A stretch of 42,811 nt of DNA, taken from positions 1-42,811 of the forward strand of contig JBOFHN010000085.1 in NCBI GenBank assembly GCA_051649665.1, read 5' to 3'. Source of the stretch: Culicoidibacterales bacterium. Lineage in GTDB: Bacteria > Bacillota_I > Bacilli_A > Culicoidibacterales > JBOFHN01. Shown in pieces: positions 9,799-16,970 of this stretch; the stretch's first letter is position 1, and each line of letters opens with the position of its first letter. A program made the position numbers and the translations under genes. A model generated the notes under the pieces. It made no database searches. It saw nothing but the letters and a program-made list of their open reading frames with translations, and was not told the origin of the DNA.

Positions 9799-9838
9799 CG
9801 TTGTTGTCCTGTTTCGATATTTGTGACTTTGATATGAT
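9781..9838 (+). promoter_or_regulatory. candidate operator and activator-dependent promoter for the mini-ORF
   Basis: GACAacgaTGTC inverted repeat (9781..9792). TGTCCTGT occurs twice (9789..9796 and 9805..9812). GACAAC (9781..9786) pairs with GTTGTC (9803..9808). Candidate -10 elements are GATATT (9816..9821) and TGaTATGAT (9830..9838), and neither has a good -35. Confidence 0.35.
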
Positions 9839-9873
9839 TTAATCTCAAGACTAAAGTAAAGGAGTTGAGAGAT

Positions 9874-9906
9874 ATGTGGTTTAATTTTTGCTGGTGGTGT
9901 TGTTAA
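9874..9906 (+). CDS. 10-codon mini-ORF MWFNFCWWCC (candidate leaderless peptide pheromone; alternatively a leader peptide or a chance ORF)
   Basis: AAAGGAG (9858..9864), a 9-nt spacer, then ATG TGG TTT AAT TTT TGC TGG TGG TGT TGT TAA TAA. It is on the same strand, 75 nt after the regulator stop. It has three Trp and three Cys in 10 codons and a tandem stop. It is too short to appear in the ORF track. Confidence 0.4.
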   Translation: MWFNFCWWCC

Positions 9907-10084
9907 TAATTAAAAAAGAACAGCTACTACTTTTACAGTGGTGAAGTTAGCACCTCGAGAAAAGGGAAAATGATTTAAGGGAATTGCAAGACGAAATATG
10001 TATGTGAATTAAAATTATAAAAAGTTTAGGGAACTATCTATAGTGTTAATTTTGAGGAACCATCTTTACGTAAATAAATATATA

Positions 10085-10120
10085 AAAAGATTTGAAGCCA
10101 TATCTTCAAATCTTTTTTTT
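10085..10120 (+). terminator. intrinsic terminator closing the regulator/mini-ORF unit
   Basis: AAAAGATTTGAAG (10085..10097), loop ccatat, CTTCAAATCTTTT (10104..10116), then a T run to 10120. Confidence 0.75.
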
Positions 10121-10145
10121 GTCCAAAAATGAAAGCGCTTATTTT

Positions 10146-10174
10146 TTGGAGTTATTTTGATATTACGCTATACT
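10146..10174 (+). promoter_or_regulatory. candidate promoter of the nucleotidase gene
   Basis: TTGGAG (10146..10151), a 17-nt spacer, then TATACT (10169..10174). This would leave a leader of about 150 nt. Confidence 0.4.
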
Positions 10175-10324
10175 GTAAACAGAGGTGATTAGTGAGTGTG
10201 TTTAATTGAAAATATCTAATCTCCTTAGAGATAAAATACGTATTATTGCGTGTTTTTTATGGAGGTGTGTGATTTTAATTGATAAATAAGAGGATAGAAC
10301 TGGTATGAAAGGATATGAAATAAT

Positions 10325-12862
10325 ATGAAAAAAATGTTCAGTACATGTATAGTGATGATTTTAAGCTTACTTATTTGTATTCCACAGACGTTCCACGTAT
10401 ACGCTGCCGAGGATACATTGAGAATTTTAGCTACTAGCGATGTTCATAATCGATTTGTTGGTTATGATTATGCAACAAATGCTCCAACTGCTAAAGGTGG
10501 TTTTTCAAGGGTGGCAACATTGATTGAGAAAAATAGAACAGCAAATACTGTTTTACTTGACAATGGTGATACGATACAAGGAAATAGTGCTATTTTATTT
10601 AATAAAGATGCAGTTCAGCCAATGGTGAAAGCACTTAATTTGATGAATTATGACACATATACAACAGGAAATCATGAGTACAATTATGGTATGGATTTTG
10701 TTGAGCGATTAAAACAGACGTTTAAGGGTGAGTTTTTAACAGCTAATGTGTATAAAGGAGATCCAATTCCAGCTAATCGTATTGCTAAAAATTATACAAT
10801 TTTAAATAAAAATGGAATTCGTGTAGCGGTAATAGGTGTTGTGACACCGCATATTACACGATGGGATGCAGCGAATTTAGCAGGATATACAGTGACAAAT
10901 CCTTATGATGAAGTGAAGTCTGCAGTAAAAGAAATTAAGGGAAGCAATTTGAGCGATGTCATTGTTGTGAGTTTTCACGCGAGTATTGATGGTGAATATG
11001 GAAACGATTCATCAAAAGAAATTGCAAATCTCGTTCCAGAAGTTGATGTTGTAATTGCAGGTCATGCACATGAAACGAGAATTGAACGTTCAAAAAATGA
11101 TTCACTAATCATCGAGCCAGGAAGTAGTGGAAGCCACCTTGCGATGGTTGATTTAAAATTAACGAAGTCTGGCGCAGGATACACGATTAATCGTAAAGAT
11201 GGTATTACTGCTGTTAATTTAGTTTCAGATAGTAAAGTTGCTGAATCACCAATTATTACAAATAATTTAGCTGAAGAACATAAACGAGCTGTGACTGATG
11301 CTTCAACAATTATTGGAAAATTGTCAGGTGGGAATCTTGTCCCAGATGCAGAAGTTTCAGGTATTCCACAAAGTCAACTTCAAGATACTGGTCTGATAGA
11401 TATTATTTTAAATACACAATTAGATGAAGCTAAAAAAGGAATCGGAACTATACCGAACAATGTTCATCATGTTTCATCGGCAGCTGTGTTTAACACATCG
11501 ACAAATGTGCTAGAAGGTGATTTAACTAAATCAGATGTAGCAAAAATTTACCAATTTGATAATACACTAGAAACAATGTCTATAAAAGGGTCAATGTTAA
11601 AAACATTCATGGAAGCAAATATGAAGTATTATAACCAATATCAGCCAGGAGATTTAACGATTTCATTTAATAGTGATATTCGTGCATATAATTATGATAT
11701 CTTTCAAGGCGTTGATTATACTGTTGATATAGCTAAACCAGCGGGTGAACGTGTAGCCTCTCTTGTCTATAGTGATACAAAAGCACCGGTTGGAGACAAT
11801 GACATGATTTATTTAACAGTGAATAATTATCGAGCAAGTTATTTGCGAAATACGTTCCCAGAATTTAAAGATGCGAAGAAAGTATACGAATCACTTGGTC
11901 AACAAACTGACCTTATTCGTGATATGATTAAAAATCGTATTATAAAAGAAAAAACAATTAAACCTGAATATGATAGTAACTGGAAAGTAGTACATCCGGC
12001 ATTTGATCCAATTGATCGACAAATTGTTGAAAAACTCGTTCGAGAAAAACAATTAGAAGTTCCTCGTTCAGCAGATGGAAGAACGCCAAATGTAAAATCA
12101 TTGACGAGCGCTGATATCGCAGACCATAAAAATATCATTCTTGCTACAACAGATGATTTATCAGCAATTAATGAAAATGATACAACACCGTTTGGTAGTA
12201 TGGTTACAAATTATATGAAGGAGGCAACGCACGCAGATGTTGCAGTGCTTTCTAAGTCTTTATTGAGTAATCCATGGAAATCTGGAAATATAACAAACAA
12301 CAGTATTTATACAAGTGTTCCATTTAATCAACCAATTGGTCTTTACACAATTTCAAATGCACAGCTTGAAACATTGATAAAAGAAAATATTGAACCTTCC
12401 AAAATGCATTTAGAATACAGTGGCTTTGCCCTTGAAACGTATGTTGCAAATGATAAAATATCAATTACAAAATTAACAAAAGAAGATGGTTCTGCTCTTG
12501 CAAATGAAATGACAATTGCACTGTCAAAAGATTTAGCATCTAAATATGGATTGAAAGAAGCAAATCCTGATATATTTGATTTACAAGATCTTTTGAAAAA
12601 ACAAATAGAGCCACTTGATCATTTGAAATATCAATATACTGATTTTTATAATGTGAAAGTTGCAGAAAAAGTAACTGAAAAAGAAGTGAATACTAAAGAT
12701 GCAACAAATAATAAAGTTGCAGAAAAAACAATGAAAACTGACACGCTTCCTGATACACGCGGATTAACAGCATTTAATTTATTCGGTATGTTAGGAGTGC
12801 TTATGGCATTCATTGGCTGTACATTAAGTACGCGATTTTATATTCGAAAATTTAAAAAATAG
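10325..12862 (+). CDS. secreted, cell-surface-anchored bifunctional metallophosphatase / 5'-nucleotidase (UshA/CpdB-like)
   Basis: Signal peptide ending VYA-AE. Calcineurin-like metallophosphoesterase motifs are present: DVHNR, GDTIQG, GNHEYN, GHAHE. There is a 5'-nucleotidase C-terminal-type region and a C-terminal sorting-signal-like tail (LPDTRG, hydrophobic helix, RKFKK). Confidence 0.85.
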   Translation: MKKMFSTCIVMILSLLICIPQTFHVYAAEDTLRILATSDVHNRFVGYDYATNAPTAKGGFSRVATLIEKNRTANTVLLDNGDTIQGNSAILFNKDAVQPMVKALNLMNYDTYTTGNHEYNYGMDFVERLKQTFKGEFLTANVYKGDPIPANRIAKNYTILNKNGIRVAVIGVVTPHITRWDAANLAGYTVTNPYDEVKSAVKEIKGSNLSDVIVVSFHASIDGEYGNDSSKEIANLVPEVDVVIAGHAHETRIERSKNDSLIIEPGSSGSHLAMVDLKLTKSGAGYTINRKDGITAVNLVSDSKVAESPIITNNLAEEHKRAVTDASTIIGKLSGGNLVPDAEVSGIPQSQLQDTGLIDIILNTQLDEAKKGIGTIPNNVHHVSSAAVFNTSTNVLEGDLTKSDVAKIYQFDNTLETMSIKGSMLKTFMEANMKYYNQYQPGDLTISFNSDIRAYNYDIFQGVDYTVDIAKPAGERVASLVYSDTKAPVGDNDMIYLTVNNYRASYLRNTFPEFKDAKKVYESLGQQTDLIRDMIKNRIIKEKTIKPEYDSNWKVVHPAFDPIDRQIVEKLVREKQLEVPRSADGRTPNVKSLTSADIADHKNIILATTDDLSAINENDTTPFGSMVTNYMKEATHADVAVLSKSLLSNPWKSGNITNNSIYTSVPFNQPIGLYTISNAQLETLIKENIEPSKMHLEYSGFALETYVANDKISITKLTKEDGSALANEMTIALSKDLASKYGLKEANPDIFDLQDLLKKQIEPLDHLKYQYTDFYNVKVAEKVTEKEVNTKDATNNKVAEKTMKTDTLPDTRGLTAFNLFGMLGVLMAFIGCTLSTRFYIRKFKK

Positions 12863-12877
12863 AATGTGATATTTAGG

Positions 12878-12908
12878 AAAACCACAAGCATTAAGTTTGT
12901 GGTTTTTT
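12878..12908 (+). terminator. intrinsic terminator
   Basis: AAAACCACAA-gcattaag-TTTGTGGTTTT followed by a T run. Confidence 0.75.
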
Positions 12909-12999
12909 AATATGTGAAAAGCACATTGTTTGAAAGCGTAGTTTCTTGTGTGATACACTTCGTAAGAATTTAATGTATGTATAAATAAGGAGAATGAGA

Positions 13000-14352
13000 A
13001 TGGATATAATAAATGACAATGTAAAAAAATTGATATTTAAAATAGGTTTCCCAGCAATGATAGGAATGTTTTTTGTTACGATGTTTAATTTTACAGATAC
13101 TTTTTTTGCATCGAAAATAGTTGGTGTTGATGGGAAGGTGATAAGCGATGCATTGGCGGGGGTGGCAGCCTCATTTCCTCTTTTTATGGTGCTGAATGCC
13201 TTGTCAGGTGGGTTATCTTCAGCAACGGGAGTACTTGTTGGTGAACAACTCGGGAAAAAGGACATTGAAAAAGCGCAAGAAATCATGTTTCACACCATTC
13301 TTGTTGCAGTTGTTTCAGGCGTTGTGGTTGGTCTTGGAATGATTACTATCGCACCACTTTTATTTAAGCTGTTACACCTTGAATCGGGGAAAGGCTTTTA
13401 TGCAACACGGTACATTACTGTATTAATGGCGTGTGCACCAGTATTTAGTTTGAGTGGTGTTATTGGACAACTTTTAAATGTGCAAGGATTGACGAAAAAA
13501 GTTCGCAATTCTTTAATTATCGGTTTTTTTGCGAATATTCTTTTCGATTATTTATTAATTACTGTTATCCCACTTGATGTAGTTGGTCTTGCGATAGCAA
13601 CAGTGACAGTTCAGTTCATACAAGTTCTATATATTTATTTTCATTTGCTCAAGAGTAATTTAGGAAAAGGTTTTAACAAGCGATATCAATTGAATTTTGA
13701 TTATGTAAAATCATTATTTAGACTTGCTATTCCAAGTGGCTTTTCGATGATTATTGTCAGTGTTGGAATTTTCTTGTTGAATCGTTACGCACAAGATCTC
13801 GATCCTGTAAGTGGTGTTTCAGCAGTCGGTATTGGTTTTCGTGTAGAACAAATGTTCTTGATTCTTTTATTTGGAGGTCTTGGTCCAGCGATGATGGCAA
13901 TTGGTTCACAAGCACTCGGTGCAAAGAAGTTGGATCGCTTGAAAGAACTGTATAAATTATCATTGATCATAGGGTTGTTAACACTGAGCTTTGCTTCGGT
14001 TGTTTTGTATTTTGGTGCACCATTTTTTGCAGAACTATTTGCAGAACGTCAATCATCACTGTATTATGCTACTATTCGATATTTACAGATTGAAGCTTTT
14101 ACGATGCCGGCGTATGCGCTACTCACTATTCCAGGCAATATGGTGACAATTTTGAAAAAGCCATCAATTCCAATGTGGATTAATATATCAAGACAACTTG
14201 TTGCACCCCTATTTTTGTATAGTTATACAATTTCTTTGTCATTTACACCGTCAACATTGTGGTGGACAATATTTGCCAATAATTGGTTTCATGGTCTTTT
14301 TGCTTTAATGCTTGTTACAATTATCTTTAAAAAAGAACTTCAAAAAATATAG
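13000..14352 (+). CDS. MATE-family efflux transporter
   Basis: 12-TM protein with a MATE-type N-terminus (KKLIFKIGFPAMIGMFFVTMFNFTDTFF) and an internal duplication. The start is set at ATG 13000 (AAGGAG at 12987..12992, 7-nt spacer). The track ATG at 12994 is only 1 nt from the SD. Confidence 0.8.
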   Translation: MDIINDNVKKLIFKIGFPAMIGMFFVTMFNFTDTFFASKIVGVDGKVISDALAGVAASFPLFMVLNALSGGLSSATGVLVGEQLGKKDIEKAQEIMFHTILVAVVSGVVVGLGMITIAPLLFKLLHLESGKGFYATRYITVLMACAPVFSLSGVIGQLLNVQGLTKKVRNSLIIGFFANILFDYLLITVIPLDVVGLAIATVTVQFIQVLYIYFHLLKSNLGKGFNKRYQLNFDYVKSLFRLAIPSGFSMIIVSVGIFLLNRYAQDLDPVSGVSAVGIGFRVEQMFLILLFGGLGPAMMAIGSQALGAKKLDRLKELYKLSLIIGLLTLSFASVVLYFGAPFFAELFAERQSSLYYATIRYLQIEAFTMPAYALLTIPGNMVTILKKPSIPMWINISRQLVAPLFLYSYTISLSFTPSTLWWTIFANNWFHGLFALMLVTIIFKKELQKI

Positions 14353-14413
14353 TGCAGATGTTTTTAAGCTGATTTAGTATTGTGATATACTTAATAAAAA
14401 GTGGAGGTGTGAG

Positions 14414-15229
14414 ATGAAATTTAAAAATATGTTAATAACGATTCTTTCTTGTGTCCTATTAACTGGTTGTGTCAGTATAAACTATCAAGGAAAACAAACG
14501 AGTGAAGTATTGAAAAAAGACACAATTAAAGTTGGGATGGAACTTGAATATGCACCATTTGAAACAATTGATGGGAACGGGAACCCGACTGGTTTCAGTG
14601 TTGCATATGCAGAAAAACTAGGTATTGCCCTCGGTAAAAAAGTGGAAATTGTTCCAACAAAATACGATGCCCTTATTCCATCACTTGAAAATAAATCAAT
14701 CGATATGATTCTTTCTTCAATGTCTATTACAGAAGAGCGCAAGCAACGAGTTGATTTTTCAGAGAGTTATACAACACCCTCACTCTATGCATTGACTTCA
14801 GAAAATGCAAATATTCAAAATTTAACGCAATTAAATAATACAACTATTACTATTGCCGTGAAAACAGGAACATTGAGTGCTTATTGGGCAACTCAAAATA
14901 CACCAAAAGCAAAAGTGAAATCTTTTGAGAGTATGGATGCAGCACTACTTGATGTAGCAGGTGGGCAATCGCAAGTGGCAATCTATGATCCAATTACAAT
15001 TTACTCATTTCAAGAAAAACACCCACAAACAAAAATTATTCCAACGCCAATAACAAATGTTAATGGCTGGGGAATTGCCATGCCTAAAGGTGATGTAGAA
15101 TTAAAAACAAAAGTTGATGCTTTTATTCAACAGTCGAAAACGGATGGAACATTAGAGAAATTAAAGCAAATGTATTTACAAGAAGAAATGAAAAAATTTA
15201 GCAAGTATGGAATTCCATTTATTTTATAG
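14414..15229 (+). CDS. polar amino-acid ABC transporter substrate-binding lipoprotein
   Basis: Lipobox LLTGC. Family-3 SBP pattern is visible (IKVGMELEYAPFE, DMILSSMSITEERK, VDFSESY). Confidence 0.85.
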   Translation: MKFKNMLITILSCVLLTGCVSINYQGKQTSEVLKKDTIKVGMELEYAPFETIDGNGNPTGFSVAYAEKLGIALGKKVEIVPTKYDALIPSLENKSIDMILSSMSITEERKQRVDFSESYTTPSLYALTSENANIQNLTQLNNTTITIAVKTGTLSAYWATQNTPKAKVKSFESMDAALLDVAGGQSQVAIYDPITIYSFQEKHPQTKIIPTPITNVNGWGIAMPKGDVELKTKVDAFIQQSKTDGTLEKLKQMYLQEEMKKFSKYGIPFIL

Positions 15230-15247
15230 TGAAGTAGGGTATGTTTT

Positions 15248-16093
15248 ATGAAAAAAACCATAAATAAAGGTATAGCAATACTTGTAGCAACATTAATTGT
15301 TGTAATAATTATCATGTATGCACTTTTACAGCAAAACTATATGCTTCCATTATTAGGTGACGCAAAGACAGTGACGATAACAGTGTTCAATTGGAATACA
15401 ACGTTTATCTTACAAGGGACTAAGCCACTTGATTTTACACCCCTCATCCGATTGGGAAGTCAATTGTGGAGTGCTTATATGATGACACTCATCATCGTTT
15501 TTTGGACTGCGTTACTGAGTTTTGGTCTTGGATGGCTTGTTTTTTTCGGTCTTCGTGCAAAAGGTGTGTGGCTTTTTGTTCACTATCTTTTTAAAGCTTT
15601 TCATGATTTTATGCTCGCAGTACCATTAATTGTATTTATTATCATTTTCTATTACTTTATAGCTCCCGCCTACGGTATGAAAGACCCGCTAATCATTGGT
15701 GTATTTATGCTCGCTTTGTATAGTTCCGTGTACATCTATCAAGTGTATGAATCTGCAATTTCAGCTATTCCGACATCTCAATTTGAAAGTGCAAAGATGC
15801 TTGGGATGAATACAATAGATACATATCGATATATTATCATTCCACAAATGATTCGAAATTCCATCCCACCTCTTGTTGGTCAACTTTCAGGAATAATTAA
15901 AAATTCAGCCCTGCTTTCGTATGTTGCTATTTCTGAATTTACGAATGTGGTCAATCAAATTAAGGCGAATTCATTTGTGATTTTTGAGTCATACATTGTT
16001 TTGGCGATAGGTTATTTGATTTTGACGATTCCTTTAATTTATATTGCAAGCTATATTGAGAAACGTCTGCGAGGTGAGAAGAGTGGAGCTTAA
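15248..16093 (+). CDS. polar amino-acid ABC transporter permease
   Basis: Polytopic protein with the His/Glu/Gln/Arg-type EAA loop (ESAKMLGMNTIDTYRYIIIPQMIRNSIPPLVGQ). Confidence 0.85.
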   Translation: MKKTINKGIAILVATLIVVIIIMYALLQQNYMLPLLGDAKTVTITVFNWNTTFILQGTKPLDFTPLIRLGSQLWSAYMMTLIIVFWTALLSFGLGWLVFFGLRAKGVWLFVHYLFKAFHDFMLAVPLIVFIIIFYYFIAPAYGMKDPLIIGVFMLALYSSVYIYQVYESAISAIPTSQFESAKMLGMNTIDTYRYIIIPQMIRNSIPPLVGQLSGIIKNSALLSYVAISEFTNVVNQIKANSFVIFESYIVLAIGYLILTIPLIYIASYIEKRLRGEKSGA

Positions 16094-16811
16094 AATACAA
16101 AATTTAAATAAAGCATTTGGGAAAAATCACGTGCTTAAAGATATTCAATTAGAAATTGGTGATATTTCTAATATTGCCATTATTGGTCCATCTGGTGGTG
16201 GCAAGACAACGCTATTGCGAATTATAGCAGGATTGGAAACTGCTGATGCAGGGGAATTGTTTATTGATGAAGTGAACCAATTGACTAATGATGAAAGACA
16301 CTTGCAAAAATTACGTTCGGAAAAAGGTTTTGTATTTCAGGCACATAGTCTATTTAGTCATATGACGGTCATTGAAAATATTATATTTCCACTCGTGAAA
16401 CTTCAACATAAATCTAAAGAAGAAGCAAAGAAGACAGCGGTTGAATTACTTGAACGATTTGGGCTTTGTGAACATAAAGATAAATTACCCGATCAATTGA
16501 GTGGTGGACAGCAACAACGCGTTGCGATTGTTAGAGCGATTGCACTTGATACGAAATTGATGCTTTTTGATGAACCAACTTCTGCGCTTGATCCAATTTT
16601 AACAGAAGAAGTCCTTACGATGATTGCAGAACTTGGGAATCTCGGTAAAGAATTTATCATTGTGACGCATGCAATTGGATTTGCACGTGATTTTTCAGAT
16701 TATATTCTCTACATAGATCAAGGAAAAATACTAGAGCACGGTCGTGATATTATCCGAAATCCACAAACTGATGAATTGAAATACTTCTTGAGTAAGGTGA
16801 CAAAATTTTAA
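16083..16811 (+). CDS. polar amino-acid ABC transporter ATP-binding protein
   Basis: Walker A GPSGGGKTT, signature LSGGQQQR, Walker B LMLFDEPTSALD. The start is set at GTG 16083 (GAGGTG at 16071..16076, 6-nt spacer) and overlaps the permease stop. Confidence 0.85.
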   Translation: MELKIQNLNKAFGKNHVLKDIQLEIGDISNIAIIGPSGGGKTTLLRIIAGLETADAGELFIDEVNQLTNDERHLQKLRSEKGFVFQAHSLFSHMTVIENIIFPLVKLQHKSKEEAKKTAVELLERFGLCEHKDKLPDQLSGGQQQRVAIVRAIALDTKLMLFDEPTSALDPILTEEVLTMIAELGNLGKEFIIVTHAIGFARDFSDYILYIDQGKILEHGRDIIRNPQTDELKYFLSKVTKF

Positions 16812-16820
16812 TACTTATAG

Positions 16821-16847
16821 CCTTTGATTTTACGTCAAAGGTTTTTT
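16821..16847 (+). terminator. intrinsic terminator
   Basis: CCTTTGA-ttttacg-TCAAAGG followed by TTTTTT. Confidence 0.75.
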
Positions 16848-16874
16848 AATTGTGTTAGAATTTCCTTTTTTACA

Positions 16875-16888
16875 AGAAAACGCTCTCA
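16875..16888 (+). promoter_or_regulatory. cre-like (CcpA) site upstream of arcA
   Basis: AGAAAACGCTCTCA matches TGWAANCGNTNWCA at 13 of 14 positions; only the first T is replaced. It lies about 85 nt upstream of the arcA ATG. Confidence 0.35.
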
Positions 16889-16970
16889 TTTTGTCCGAAA
16901 TGACTTTTAAAAATAGATTACAATGAAATAGACCTGATAAACAAATAATTTATGATAAGGAGGGATTGCT

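Noticed and set aside
9865-9906. Longer version of the mini-ORF starting at TTG 9865 (MRDMWFNFCWWCC).
   Set aside because: The TTG directly abuts the GGAG of the SD (9861..9864). The ATG at 9874 has ideal 9-nt spacing. An in-frame TGA at 9835 excludes anything longer.
10043-10132. 29-codon GTG ORF (MLILRNHLYVNKYIKRFEAISSNLFFVQK) preceded by an AGGGAA motif.
   Set aside because: It reads straight through both arms of the 10085..10120 terminator hairpin and its T tract, so most of its sequence is dictated by the terminator.
12891-13286. Minus-strand 131-aa ORF.
   Set aside because: It is antisense to the MATE transporter 5' region and runs through the 12878..12908 terminator. No motif is recognisable, so I treat it as a shadow ORF.
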